The translations under genes were made by a program, and so were the position numbers. The notes under the pieces were generated by a model. That model was given only the letters and a program-made list of their open reading frames with translations, was not told the DNA's origin and did no database searches. Shown piece after piece: positions 10,084 to 20,092 of a stretch of DNA of 64,000 nt (position 1 is the first letter of the stretch; every line of letters begins with the position of its first letter). Source of the DNA: Candidatus Woesearchaeota archaeon (lineage in GTDB: Archaea; Nanobdellota; Nanobdellia; Woesearchaeales; 0-14-0-80-44-23); the NCBI GenBank assembly GCA_038874135.1, contig JAVZCZ010000001.1:128001-192000 (forward strand). Reading direction: 5' to 3'.

Positions 10084-10872
10084 TTATCCAATATAGTTTA
10101 TGTCCCGCTGGCTCTTCTGCATCTTTCCTATAAGCTCTGGCTTAAGCTTGGGCTCCTTCTGTGGAAGGATTTTCAGCTGCCTATCTATTTCGCTTATGTT
10201 CCTGTCAATCTTCCGCATGTCTATTCCGAGTGTGAGCTTATCGTTGAGCACTTGAACTATCTTTCGCGCTCCTCTGACTCCGAGATACATGGGATTTGCG
10301 AATGTTTCTGCGAGAATTATCACAGCGTGGATTCCGTTCTTCTTGGCAATCCCAGGTATTAGCCCGGCTGCACCTATTATTGGACCTACAAATCCGAAAA
10401 GTTTTGACTGCATCTCAGTGCCTTTGACATATTTTGCAACTGTTGCCTTGTCAGTACCAGTGCAGTATATCTTCGGATGTTCAGGAGGTGCGGAAAGTCC
10501 TATTCCGCCTAGAGTGATTATCTCTGAACCTTCCATCCTTTTGAATAATTCTACAATTTCTTCAGCAAAGTGGTAGGATGCGGTCTCCTCAACCGGCTGG
10601 AAGTCCCCGGCAAGTATAAGGATGTCTCTCGGTCCTTTAACCTTTTTATAGTATAGGGACACGTGAGGAAGTTCTATTATGTTGCGCTCGTTTACAAATA
10701 CCGAGTTGGAAAACGTATCGGAGTAGATAGTGTAGAGCTTTTCAGGTTTTAGCTGTTCAACTATGAAGTCAGCAGCCAGCTTGCCAACATTTCCTATTCC
10801 CGGAAGCCCTTCAATCAGCACTGGACTTCTGAGCTTAGAAAGCTTTTTCTCCTGCACTATATCAAATTTCAT
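10084..10872 (-). CDS. PAC2 family proteasome assembly chaperone
   Basis: IEGLPGIGNVGKLA, GDFQP, ITLGG, IIGAAGL, C-terminal YIG. Confidence 0.92.
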   Translation of the reverse strand: MKFDIVQEKKLSKLRSPVLIEGLPGIGNVGKLAADFIVEQLKPEKLYTIYSDTFSNSVFVNERNIIELPHVSLYYKKVKGPRDILILAGDFQPVEETASYHFAEEIVELFKRMEGSEIITLGGIGLSAPPEHPKIYCTGTDKATVAKYVKGTEMQSKLFGFVGPIIGAAGLIPGIAKKNGIHAVIILAETFANPMYLGVRGARKIVQVLNDKLTLGIDMRKIDRNISEIDRQLKILPQKEPKLKPELIGKMQKSQRDINYIG

Positions 10873-10932
10873 GAGTATAAAGAGTTGAGCGGCTCTTTAA
10901 AAATGTTTTGAAAATGTTTTAGAAGAATATAG

Positions 10933-11006
10933 TGGGCCCAGGGGGATTCGAACCCCCGACCTAAAGATTAAGAGTCTTTCGCGCTACCAGGCTGCGCCAT
11001 GAGCCC
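10933..11006 (-). tRNA. tRNA-Lys(CTT)
   Basis: Cloverleaf on minus strand; anticodon arm AAAGA-CTCTTAA-TCTTT; T-loop GGTTCGAATCC; CCA not encoded. Confidence 0.96.
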
Positions 11007-11108
11007 TTCTTCCATTTCTGTGGAGATGAGAGCTATTTAAAAAGTTTTTGGATTGCAAGTAATAAAAAAAGTTAATTAAAAAAATAAAATGTGGTTGAAC
11101 TTTTAGGT

Positions 11109-11513
11109 TCAGAAGTCTTCAGAATCCTCTGAGGATTCAAAATCTTCTGAAGAATCGCTCTCCCCTTCTTCAAAGGATTCTTGCTCTTCTTCCTGGTGGG
11201 CTTCCTGCTTTGGAGCTTCAGGAGCTGCTGATGCTCCCACTACTTCTGCGAAGGCAAGCCTTCTCAGGACTCGTGTAATCCTGACCTTTACCCTCTGTCC
11301 TTCCTTTGTTCCGGGCACAAAGATTACGAAGCCATTCTTCTTTGCAAGCCCGTCTCCCTTTGCGGCAATTGCCTCTATTGTAACTTCTAGCTCTTCTCCT
11401 TCGCTAACTGGCGGGCTGGGCCTCTGTCCGCCGAAGTTTCCTCTGCCGCCAAATCTTCTTTCCCTATTTCCTTCAGGCTCATAGTTGTCTGAGCCATAAT
11501 TTCTATTTCTCAT
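11109..11513 (-). CDS. single-TRAM-domain RNA-binding protein with RG-rich N-terminus and acidic tail
   Basis: PPVSEGEELEVTIEAIAAKGDGLAKKNGFVIFVPG..AFAEVV; alternative GTG start at 11525. Confidence 0.9.
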   Translation of the reverse strand: MRNRNYGSDNYEPEGNRERRFGGRGNFGGQRPSPPVSEGEELEVTIEAIAAKGDGLAKKNGFVIFVPGTKEGQRVKVRITRVLRRLAFAEVVGASAAPEAPKQEAHQEEEQESFEEGESDSSEDFESSEDSEDF

Positions 11514-11654
11514 ATTCTTTTGCACCTTCTATCTAATTAGTTTTAGAAATCGGCTTTTTTGCCAATTTCCAATCTTAGCCGTCTGCGGCTAATAATTGGC
11601 AAGATTTAGTTAATAGTATTTAAAGGTTGCTAAAAAGTTTTGAATTTAAATGGA

Positions 11655-12017
11655 TTAAAGCATGTGCAGCCCGCCGGTTATCCTGTCAATCTTAGAAGTC
11701 CTATCAGGCCCTATTCCCACACAGGTCCTGGTTCCAGGTTCTAGAAAGGTTCTTCCAGCATCAGTTATTAGCGCTGCTGCGAGTCCTTGATTCTTTGCTA
11801 TTTCGTAGAATTGTAGAAGTTCTTTTTCGTCTTTAACTTTTAATACAACCTTTTTGGCTCCTGAGCTTCTCCACTCTTTAAGGATTGCTGCGTCTGATTT
11901 TAGTGCTGCTTCTAGAGAAGCGTGACTGACCTGGGCTGCGAGTTTGCCCTTAGGCATTTTAAGGTCTGTTCTTACTAGGATTACTTGCTTCAGTTCTGAT
12001 TTTTCTAAATCCTTCAT
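11655..12017 (-). CDS. pth2: peptidyl-tRNA hydrolase Pth2
   Basis: KQVILVRTDLKMPKGKLAAQVSHA, DAGRT, GIGP. Confidence 0.95.
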   Translation of the reverse strand: MKDLEKSELKQVILVRTDLKMPKGKLAAQVSHASLEAALKSDAAILKEWRSSGAKKVVLKVKDEKELLQFYEIAKNQGLAAALITDAGRTFLEPGTRTCVGIGPDRTSKIDRITGGLHML

Positions 12018-12081
12018 ATTTTAAAGAAGAATGTGTTATGATTATTAAAATTAACTAAAATGGATTGAAAAAGACACCTGT

Positions 12082-12471
12082 TCATTTTGTAAGCTTTCCC
12101 AGCATGTAACCAGCGAGGTATCCGAGTGCCGTTTCCAGAGCTGTTACGCCCGCACTTGCTCCCCCGACAATGGAAGTTCCGAGAGTCGCACCCGTAGCAG
12201 TTCTGGCTATCCTTTCAAGTTCTGATTCTGAACTGTTTGAGAGCGAGTTTGCAAGCACGCTCCCGGCAATTCCGCCTAATATTCCATACATGGCTCCAGA
12301 AATCACGGTAGGGCCATATTTGAGTGCGAAGTCAATCTCGCTTGGATTTATTGGAATTCCTTTCGCGTGGCAGAATCCCCTGTAAGCGCCTGCTCCCAAT
12401 GCAACTAGGTTTGTTACTGCCCAGCTAAACTGGTTTCCAATTGTTATTGAGATTTCATAATCGTCTTTCAT
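12082..12471 (-). CDS. hypothetical Gly/Ala-rich (glycine-zipper-like) membrane protein
   Basis: GxxxG-rich hydrophobic helices; SD GGGTGA. Confidence 0.6.
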   Translation of the reverse strand: MKDDYEISITIGNQFSWAVTNLVALGAGAYRGFCHAKGIPINPSEIDFALKYGPTVISGAMYGILGGIAGSVLANSLSNSSESELERIARTATGATLGTSIVGGASAGVTALETALGYLAGYMLGKLTK

Positions 12472-12562
12472 GACGCATCACCCAATTTTTAACTACTCTT
12501 TCATAACGACTATTTAAAGCTTTTGGGATAATTATTTAAAATATTGTAACATTCCATGTATT

Positions 12563-13195
12563 GTGAATGCACCCTTCATTGTGGAATTTGCAGGTCCTCC
12601 AAAGTCTGGAAAAACCACTATTCTTGAAAGGGTGAAATATCTTCTGCCATACTCTCTTACAATTCGTAACGAGGTCTCTTTCAATTCGCCTGTTGAGAAG
12701 AAAAAACCTTTAAAGTATCTTGAATGGTCTGCTAACGAGCTGATAAACCGTATAATAACTGATGAAGAAACTTCAAAGAAGCAGGTTGTAATTATTGACT
12801 GCGGAATAGCAAGTCAGCTGGCACTCCTGGACGCTTTTGAAAGAGGCGGTAGGGTTTCTGATTCTGAAAAGCACCTCTCAGAGCTTATAAGAAAGCATCT
12901 GCTGGCAAACCTTCCGAGAGAGCACCTCATAGTTTATGTGAGAATTCCATTTGAAGAAGAAGCTGCCAGAATAAAAAATTATAAGTTTCCCAAGGGCTCA
13001 ATAATGAACGAGCCCTTCCTAAAAATATTCAATGAGAGCTATGAAAGGGTTATTAGGGAGCTTTCAGAAAACTCGCTGATAAACATATTGAAAGTTGAAG
13101 GAACCGAAGACCCTGAAGAGAATGCTCAAATTGTTAATTCTGAAATCGTAAAAATTTTAAGAAATTTTAAGAGAAGATCAAACTATGAAGTTTAA
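12563..13195 (+). CDS. P-loop nucleoside/nucleotide kinase (dTMP kinase/dNK-like)
   Basis: IVEFAGPPKSGKTT Walker A, VVIIDCG. Confidence 0.7.
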   Translation: MNAPFIVEFAGPPKSGKTTILERVKYLLPYSLTIRNEVSFNSPVEKKKPLKYLEWSANELINRIITDEETSKKQVVIIDCGIASQLALLDAFERGGRVSDSEKHLSELIRKHLLANLPREHLIVYVRIPFEEEAARIKNYKFPKGSIMNEPFLKIFNESYERVIRELSENSLINILKVEGTEDPEENAQIVNSEIVKILRNFKRRSNYEV

Positions 13196-13197
13196 AG

Positions 13198-13271
13198 TGG
13201 GGCTGCCGTGATTTGAACACGGACCTCTAGGTCCCGAACCTAGGGTTCTAACCAAGTTATACTACAGCCCC
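13198..13271 (-). tRNA. tRNA-Pro(CGG)
   Basis: GGGGCTG acceptor stem, CTAGG-TTCGGGA-CCTAG anticodon arm, TTCAAAT T-loop; divergent from proS. Confidence 0.94.
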
Positions 13272-13367
13272 TTAGCATAAAAAGATTAGCAATTACTTTA
13301 AATATTTTTTTGAACTTTCCTCTTTTTGGGAAAAGTTTAAAAAATCATGAACTAAATCTCACTCCTT

Positions 13368-14834
13368 ATGAAGCAGAAAAGGGAAGAACCTCAGGAGTCA
13401 AACCTTGGGATAACTGTTAGCAAGGAGGATGACTTCTCTGAATGGTACAACCAGGCAGTTCTCAAAGCAGGTCTGGCTGACTACTCAGCAGTTAAGGGGT
13501 TCATGATAATAAGGCCTTTGGGCTATGCAATCTGGGAGAACATCCAGAAAAGGTTTGATGAGAGGATAAAGCGGCACGGTGTAAAAAATGCGTACTTCCC
13601 ACTTCTCATTCCCGAATCCTTTTTTAACAAGGAAAAGGAGCATGCTCAGGGTTTTTCACCAGAAGTTGCCTGGGTGCAGAATTCTGACGAAGAATCTGGG
13701 CAGAGGCTAGCAATAAGACCTACCTCAGAAACTATAATCTGTGACTCTTTCAAGAATTGGTTGAGAAGCTACAGGGACCTTCCAATAAGGGTTAATCAGT
13801 GGTGCAATGTTGTAAGGTGGGAGATTAAGATGACTAAGCTCTTCCTAAGAACTAGAGAGTTCCTCTGGCAGGAGGGGCACTGCATTTATGAGACGAGAGA
13901 AGAGGCTGAAAGAGAAACCATCCTATACCTTGATGAGTACAAGTTCCTTCTGGAAAACGAGCTTGCAATTCCCGTGATAACTGGCAGAAAGACTGAGAAT
14001 GAGAAGTTTGCAGGAGCTGTTTACACTCTAACTGCAGAAGCTTTAATGCCTGACGGCAAGGCGCTTCAAACTGCAACCTCGCACTATCTCGGTCAGGATT
14101 TTATGAGAGTTTTCGGAGTTGAGTTTGCTGGAAGGGACAAGCAGAAGCACACTCCACACTACATATCCTGGGGCATGAGCACGCGGCTGGTAGGCGCAGT
14201 AGTAATGGTGCACGGCGATAACAAGGGGCTGGTGTTGCCTCCCAGGATTGCACCAATACAGATAGTGATAGTGCCGATACTCTTCGGAGATGATCGGGAT
14301 TCCAAGGTTTTGAAGGAAGCAGAAAAATTAAGGAATAATCTCGTTCAGAATTTTTCAGTTGAGTTGGACTTGAGAGAGGGTTACAGCGCAGGCTGGAAGT
14401 TTAACGAGTGGGAGCTCAAGGGAGTTCCCCTCAGGATTGAGATAGGTCCAAAGGATTTAGAAAAGGGGTGCTGCGTATTCGTGAAGAGGAATACGGGCGA
14501 AAAGTTTGCTGTTGAACTTTCAAAGGCTCCTGAGAAGGCTGCAGAGGTCCTCTCAGCTGTTCAGAAGGAGATGTTTGAAAAGGCGAAGAGTTTCCTAAAC
14601 TCAAGCATTGTAAGGGTTTCAGATGTGAACGGGATAAGAGAGGCTGTTGAGGAGAAAAAGATGGCTGAGGCACCCCTCTGCTCCAATCCCGAGTGCGAGC
14701 TAAATATAAGAAAAGAAGTGGAAGGTGTGACTGCAAGGTGCATCCCATTTGATAAGAAGCCAGCCGAGGAGGAGAGGTGCATATCCTGCGGCAGGAGAGC
14801 TGAAAACATTGTCTATTTTTCAAAGAATTATTAA
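13368..14834 (+). CDS. proS: proline--tRNA ligase (archaeal/eukaryotic type)
   Basis: RPTSET, NQWCNVVRWE, FLRTREFLWQEGH, WELKGVPLRIEIGP, C-terminal Zn site and Tyr. Confidence 0.97.
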   Translation: MKQKREEPQESNLGITVSKEDDFSEWYNQAVLKAGLADYSAVKGFMIIRPLGYAIWENIQKRFDERIKRHGVKNAYFPLLIPESFFNKEKEHAQGFSPEVAWVQNSDEESGQRLAIRPTSETIICDSFKNWLRSYRDLPIRVNQWCNVVRWEIKMTKLFLRTREFLWQEGHCIYETREEAERETILYLDEYKFLLENELAIPVITGRKTENEKFAGAVYTLTAEALMPDGKALQTATSHYLGQDFMRVFGVEFAGRDKQKHTPHYISWGMSTRLVGAVVMVHGDNKGLVLPPRIAPIQIVIVPILFGDDRDSKVLKEAEKLRNNLVQNFSVELDLREGYSAGWKFNEWELKGVPLRIEIGPKDLEKGCCVFVKRNTGEKFAVELSKAPEKAAEVLSAVQKEMFEKAKSFLNSSIVRVSDVNGIREAVEEKKMAEAPLCSNPECELNIRKEVEGVTARCIPFDKKPAEEERCISCGRRAENIVYFSKNY

Positions 14835-14851
14835 AATGAGAGGGAACATGT

Positions 14852-15178
14852 ATGGATATTATATCTGAAGTGGTAGAAGGCAATGAGGATGTAATAATTA
14901 ACTCTTTCATCTCTAACAATGAACATGAGATTCTTAAGCTTGATAGGATTTCCTTCATGCTATTCCTTACACTTTCAGGAGCGCTTATAATTGGGCTTAA
15001 GCTTTTCTGGGCTGGATCAGCCACTCCACTCAGGATAATTGCCTCCCTAGCTTTCAGCGCTCTCATAATCCTTCTCGGAACAACTTCAATAGAAATGCTA
15101 AACTGGGCATCAGAGCATAAACAGCTAGCAGGACTCCTAACTTTTTGCCTGCTACTCATGTTATTAATAATCCTGTGA
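14852..15178 (+). CDS. small hypothetical membrane protein
   Basis: Three hydrophobic segments; lies between proS and the ECF S component. Confidence 0.5.
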   Translation: MDIISEVVEGNEDVIINSFISNNEHEILKLDRISFMLFLTLSGALIIGLKLFWAGSATPLRIIASLAFSALIILLGTTSIEMLNWASEHKQLAGLLTFCLLLMLLIIL

Positions 15179-15184
15179 CGCGAA

Positions 15185-15877
15185 ATGGAACAGCTTTTAA
15201 AGCTAAAACAGAAGGCGAGGCAAGAGAGCAAGCAGAGTGCACTGCTGAAAGCACAGCTGGCCATCTCAACTGTTCAGAAACAGATGCAAGTTCTGAAACT
15301 TAAAGAGTACATACTGATGGGAGGATTCATAGTGGGAGGCGCAGTTTTAAGAGCTCTCATGCAGCCGCTGCCAAGTGTGGAGCCGATAACATTTATAGCA
15401 CTATTAACGGGCTGGATGTTCGGCTCAAAAAAGGGGTTCATAGTCGGGGCTTCCTCACTCTACATATCAAACTTTCTATGCATAGGCGGGCAGGGCCCCT
15501 GGACTCCCTTTCAGGCTTTGGGCTTCGGGATTGCCGGCTTTCTAGGCGGGCTTCTGTCAAGGTTCAAGCTTAAAAGCGGCACAAGTAGCTTAAAGATGAA
15601 GGCGTTAATACTGCCTGCAATGCTCATAGCTGCAATATCAACAATAATCTACGAGATAATAATGAATGCTGCTTCAATTCCGATATGGGGCGTTGCAGCT
15701 TTTGTAACAGCGCTTCCATTCGGGCTGATACACCTAATCTCAAACCTCAGCTTCGCAGCCATGCTTCCCAAGGCAAGAAATTTTATAGATGAGAAGCTTG
15801 GATTTTCAGAGGTTCCAAGACTTCAGGAGATGCTTAATAAGCTTAAAGAGAAGCACGAAGAGATATTGAAGGTCTAA
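15185..15877 (+). CDS. ECF transporter S component (CbrT-like, possibly cobalamin)
   Basis: PSVEPIT..G..FG..GFIVG..SNF..GQGPWTPFQ. Confidence 0.8.
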   Translation: MEQLLKLKQKARQESKQSALLKAQLAISTVQKQMQVLKLKEYILMGGFIVGGAVLRALMQPLPSVEPITFIALLTGWMFGSKKGFIVGASSLYISNFLCIGGQGPWTPFQALGFGIAGFLGGLLSRFKLKSGTSSLKMKALILPAMLIAAISTIIYEIIMNAASIPIWGVAAFVTALPFGLIHLISNLSFAAMLPKARNFIDEKLGFSEVPRLQEMLNKLKEKHEEILKV

Positions 15878-16147
15878 TCACAGCTCAAATTCTTTTATGA
15901 AAGCAGTTATGGTCTCATATCTTTCCAGAAACCTGAATCCCTTATCTGTAAGGGACACTACTCTTCCATTCATTCCATCTATCTCTTGCAGAAACCCCTT
16001 TTTAACCAACATAACAAAATATTTACTGAACTGTCGTGAAGAGAGATTAGATTTTCTTAGAAGAGGCGTTGGTTTTATTGAATTATTATGTTCCAGAACA
16101 ACTTTTAGAATGTCTCTAATTATTTCTAAGCTGTCCCTCTTGGTCAT
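15878..16147 (-). CDS. stand-alone winged-helix transcriptional regulator
   Basis: KRDSLEIIRDIL..PTPLLRKSNLS..LTDKGFRFL. Confidence 0.88.
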   Translation of the reverse strand: MTKRDSLEIIRDILKVVLEHNNSIKPTPLLRKSNLSSRQFSKYFVMLVKKGFLQEIDGMNGRVVSLTDKGFRFLERYETITAFIKEFEL

Positions 16148-16151
16148 CTTT

Positions 16152-16838
16152 TTATCCGCCTATTTTTTTAAGGACTCTATAAAGAATAAGCATAAATAGC
16201 AGGATTGAAATGAGATAGATTAGCAGCTTATAAATGTTTAGTAATCTCGGAATTAAAATGTCGGTTATGTTGAGAATCCAGAATATTGATAAAAGCAGAT
16301 AGAGCAAGAAGAGGTTCCTTGATTTTTTCCCTCCTGTGGAGCTTCTGTACGCAAGGAATAGCGCATATAATATTACAGCTAATAATGTCAAGTTGATTAT
16401 GAATGGGAGCAATATGCTTCTTCCCAGCAGCGGGGTTAGCGCTATTCCTATTGCTAATATATTTAAGATTGCTAGGGCAAGCCTGTTAGAGTTCAACTTC
16501 TTCCACATTACGCTGTATAAAAGGAAGAATATTGCCATTGAGCTGAAATAGAGAAATATTGACAGCAGGATTATTCTCATCGTGACTGGAGAGAACTCCC
16601 ACACCTCCTTTACATTAAAAAGGAACAGAACAAGCCTTATTGAATAGCGGAAGAAGTATGAGATGGCAAAGAACAGGAAGGAAAGCCGAAAATATCGGAT
16701 GCCCTTGTAAGATGTAAGCCTTTCAAGATCATTAGTCGCAGTATATATCATAAGGCTGGATAGTATCAAGATAAAAGAGTATATCAGCTCAACTCCTATC
16801 CATCCTGAGAGGAAATCTTGCAAAAACGGCGGCGTCAT
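16152..16838 (-). CDS. polytopic membrane protein (putative 6-7TM sensor)
   Basis: About 7 hydrophobic segments, KGIRYFRLSFLFFAI; ends 4 nt before the wHTH start. Confidence 0.7.
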   Translation of the reverse strand: MTPPFLQDFLSGWIGVELIYSFILILSSLMIYTATNDLERLTSYKGIRYFRLSFLFFAISYFFRYSIRLVLFLFNVKEVWEFSPVTMRIILLSIFLYFSSMAIFFLLYSVMWKKLNSNRLALAILNILAIGIALTPLLGRSILLPFIINLTLLAVILYALFLAYRSSTGGKKSRNLFLLYLLLSIFWILNITDILIPRLLNIYKLLIYLISILLFMLILYRVLKKIGG

Positions 16839-16909
16839 TTTGATTCATCCCTGAATGCCAAGTATGTTTATAAAATTTTGGATAAAACAATTGTGTAACT
16901 TATAAGGAA

Positions 16910-16928
16910 AGTGGAACTATGATCCACT
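16910..16928. promoter_or_regulatory. candidate operator palindrome AGTGGA-N7-TCCACT upstream of the ABC operon TATA box
   Basis: Perfect 6-bp inverted repeat ending a few bp before TTTATAAATA in the divergent intergenic region. Confidence 0.5.
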
Positions 16929-16991
16929 CTATTTATAAATACTAAAAATTGACACTTCAAGAGCTCCATATAAAAGCGGAGAAAAATAGGT

Positions 16992-17705
16992 ATGGAAACT
17001 CTGATAAAGATTGAAAATGTTTGGAAGATGTATCAGATGGGAAGAACAGAGTCACTGGTAGTTCTGAAAGATGTAAATCTTGAAGTAGAAAAAAAAGAAT
17101 TTGTAGCAATAACCGGCCCTTCCGGTTCTGGAAAGAGCACCCTCATGCACTTGATGGGCGCTTTGGATAGGCCTTCCTGGGGAAGGGTTTACATTCAAAA
17201 AAGAGACATCTCTCGTCTTAGCGACAATCAGATTGCATACTTAAGAGCCCGCTCAATCGGATTCATATTTCAGGATTTCAACCTGATTCCAACCCTTAGC
17301 GCCTTAGAGAATGTGATGCTTCCAATGGAGATAGTGGATACGCCTGAGAGAACAGCAAGAGAAAGAGCTAAGGAACTTCTAAAAATTGTAGGGCTCGGCA
17401 ACAGATTGGGTCACAAGCCAACTGAGCTCTCAGGCGGGCAGCAGCAGATGGTGGCAATAGCGAGGGCCCTCGCTAATGATCCTCCGATAATCCTGGCAGA
17501 TGAGCCTACTGGGAATCTTGATTCAAAAACAGGCTTGTTCATAATGGACTTTCTTGAAAAGTTAAATGCGGAAAGCGGGAAAACTATAATTCTAGTGACT
17601 CACAATCTTAACTTGTTAGATTATGCTAATCGTGTAGTACAAATAAAAGATGGAGTTATTGAAAAGGATACCAAAAAAGGAAAGGAAGTGAGGAAAAATG
17701 AGTAA
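16992..17705 (+). CDS. ABC transporter ATP-binding protein (LolD/MacB family)
   Basis: [37 protein letters not shown]. Confidence 0.95.
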   Translation: METLIKIENVWKMYQMGRTESLVVLKDVNLEVEKKEFVAITGPSGSGKSTLMHLMGALDRPSWGRVYIQKRDISRLSDNQIAYLRARSIGFIFQDFNLIPTLSALENVMLPMEIVDTPERTARERAKELLKIVGLGNRLGHKPTELSGGQQQMVAIARALANDPPIILADEPTGNLDSKTGLFIMDFLEKLNAESGKTIILVTHNLNLLDYANRVVQIKDGVIEKDTKKGKEVRKNE

Positions 17706-18801
17706 AAAATCAGGAATGAAAGCAATTTATGCGTTAGCTTTAGTTTTTCTTTTCGTATTGACAGCGGGCAAAGTTTTAGCAGCATCTTCTTCAGGCATTA
17801 ATGTTGCATATTCTTACTGCGTTTTGTCTGTGAATCTTGTGCAGCAGGATCCATATCCTGCAATTCCTGGAGAGTATGTGGACCTGCTCTTCCAGGTTTC
17901 AGGGGTGGATAATTCAAATTGTAACGGCACAAAGTTTATGGTTGTGCCTCAATATCCATTTTCTTCAGACACTAATGATACTGTGAGGATGCTCTCATCT
18001 TATGTGTATGTTCCTGGCGTAGCTGGAATTGCCTGGAACATTCCTTACAGGTTGCGAGTTGATAAGGACGCGGTAAGCGGAATGAACGAGATAACAGTTA
18101 AGTATGGGGACGGTAATGATTGGACTTCTTACATGACAAAAACATTCAATGTGAGCGTTACTGATTACAGGACATCTTTTGACGCAGTGGTTCAGGATGT
18201 AAGCGGGTCGCAGGTGTCAATAGCAATCGCGAATACTGGAGTGAATACTGCTAACGCTATGATAGTCAGAATTCCACCGCAAGAAAATTTTATGGTAGAA
18301 GGCCCGTCTAACGGACAGATGGTTGGAAACCTTGCAGGAGGGGACTATTCAGTTGTAAGCTTTTCAATAGTGCCAACTAATCTAGTTGGTTCCTATCAAA
18401 GGGATAGGAATGTTACAGGTGCTCAGCAACAATTAAACGGCACTACTCATCCGTTTCAAGCGAGGAATACCTCTCTAAAATTGCAGATTGATTATACTGA
18501 CGGGGTTGGGGTTAGAAGGACTTCTATTATTGCAATCCCGCTAAATCTTAACTCCTTCCTTACAAACTCAACTGGCTACATCACGAGAAATGCTTCAAGC
18601 CTTCGCAGCAGGTCTTCATCCTCAACAAGTGTTGCTTCAAAATGGTATTTCTGGGTTGGAATCATAGCAGTCATAGCATTGGGCACATTTTTCTATTATC
18701 ATAAGAAGAGGAAAAACTCGTGGTTTGAAAGCGAAGGTGAAGAGCCAGAGTGGGTAAAGAGGGAAAAGCTTAGGATGAAGACTAATAACAAAAAAGTGTA
18801 G
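17698..18801 (+). CDS. COG1361-type S-layer/Ig-like extracellular protein
   Basis: Signal peptide, QDPYPAIPGEYV, IANTG..VGNLAGGDYS, C-terminal TM plus basic tail. Confidence 0.8.
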   Translation: MSKKSGMKAIYALALVFLFVLTAGKVLAASSSGINVAYSYCVLSVNLVQQDPYPAIPGEYVDLLFQVSGVDNSNCNGTKFMVVPQYPFSSDTNDTVRMLSSYVYVPGVAGIAWNIPYRLRVDKDAVSGMNEITVKYGDGNDWTSYMTKTFNVSVTDYRTSFDAVVQDVSGSQVSIAIANTGVNTANAMIVRIPPQENFMVEGPSNGQMVGNLAGGDYSVVSFSIVPTNLVGSYQRDRNVTGAQQQLNGTTHPFQARNTSLKLQIDYTDGVGVRRTSIIAIPLNLNSFLTNSTGYITRNASSLRSRSSSSTSVASKWYFWVGIIAVIALGTFFYYHKKRKNSWFESEGEEPEWVKREKLRMKTNNKKV

Positions 18802-18811
18802 GGTAGGAAAG

Positions 18812-20092
18812 ATGAAGTTCAGAAAGTCCTTGCAGATGGCTTGGAATATGCTGCTGCACAGCCCTCTTAGGAGCTGGCTCACAATAATAGGGATAGTCAT
18901 AGGCATATCTTCAGTAGTTTCCATAATCTCTATGAGCATGGGCGCGCAGCAACAGCTCTCCTCCCGCCTTGGAAGCTTAGGTGCTGACATTCTGACCATA
19001 ACCCCTGGAAGACAGAGAGCCTCTGGAACCTCATTTAATATGAGGATTAGTCCTCCAGATCAGGGTGCAGAACGAAATTTTCCCTCTACGTTTGCTACAT
19101 CTTCAGTCACTAAGAATTTGACAGAGAGAGACATTTCTGCCATAAGGGGATTGCCCAATGTGAAGTATGTAATGGGCCAAATTTCTGGAAGGACGAATCT
19201 TACTTTTCTTGGAAATACTGCAAAGAACATTCAAGTAATCGGTGTGGAAACCTCTGTGTGGAAGGATATAACTACCTCAACTTTAAGCTCGGGTAGATAT
19301 CTTACAAATGGGGACTCCTCATCGGCAGTTATAGGAAGTCAAATTGCTAATTCAGTATTTGGAAAGGCGGTAACACTAAATAGCAAGATATATGTTGGGG
19401 GTAAGGCATTTACAGTTGTTGGCATACTGTCTGAAGGCTCAACAGTCTATATACCTATAGATAGTGCAAGGACAATAATTGAAGATAAGAACAACCCATA
19501 TTTTGACAGCATACTTGTAAAGATAGCTGACACCTCTCTCACAAATGACACCATCACCCAAATAACTAATAGATTGATGCTTACACACGGAATCCTTAAC
19601 CCGAACAAGATTGACTTCTCAATTTCCAACCCGGCTTCAATGCAACAGACAATACAATCTACTATGAGAACTATGACACTATTTTTAGGAGCGATAGCTG
19701 CCATCTCCCTCCTTGTAGGAGCAGTTGGAATTGCCAACACGATGTTCACATCTACCCTAGAAAAGATGCGGGAGATAGGAGTCCTAAAGGCGTTGGGTGC
19801 AAAAAACATTGACATCTTACTAATATTTCTGCTCAATTCGGCATTGATAGGACTAGTTGGGGGAATAGGAGGAGTAATACTGGGCTCTGCAGCATCAATA
19901 TTCATAAACGACTATGCAGGGATCAGCGCTGGCGGAAATGGAATGCTCAGATTTTTCGGAAGCTCAATAATAAGCTTGCCCTTAATACTTGGAGCAATTC
20001 TGATTGCAGTAGCGGTTGGAGTCATAGCAGGCGTGATACCAGCATACAGGGCGTCCAAGCTGGACCCTGTAGAGGCACTAAAATATGAGTAA
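18812..20092 (+). CDS. ABC transporter permease (MacB/FtsX family)
   Basis: RSWLTIIGIVIG, GIANTMFTS.LEK.REIGVLKALGA, PAYRASKLDPVEALKYE. Confidence 0.94.
   Translation: MKFRKSLQMAWNMLLHSPLRSWLTIIGIVIGISSVVSIISMSMGAQQQLSSRLGSLGADILTITPGRQRASGTSFNMRISPPDQGAERNFPSTFATSSVTKNLTERDISAIRGLPNVKYVMGQISGRTNLTFLGNTAKNIQVIGVETSVWKDITTSTLSSGRYLTNGDSSSAVIGSQIANSVFGKAVTLNSKIYVGGKAFTVVGILSEGSTVYIPIDSARTIIEDKNNPYFDSILVKIADTSLTNDTITQITNRLMLTHGILNPNKIDFSISNPASMQQTIQSTMRTMTLFLGAIAAISLLVGAVGIANTMFTSTLEKMREIGVLKALGAKNIDILLIFLLNSALIGLVGGIGGVILGSAASIFINDYAGISAGGNGMLRFFGSSIISLPLILGAILIAVAVGVIAGVIPAYRASKLDPVEALKYE

Noticed and set aside
14431-15264. 277-aa minus-strand ORF and the many other antisense or overlapping ORFs in the track
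   Set aside because: They are shadows of well-supported genes on the opposite strand or frame, with no motifs.
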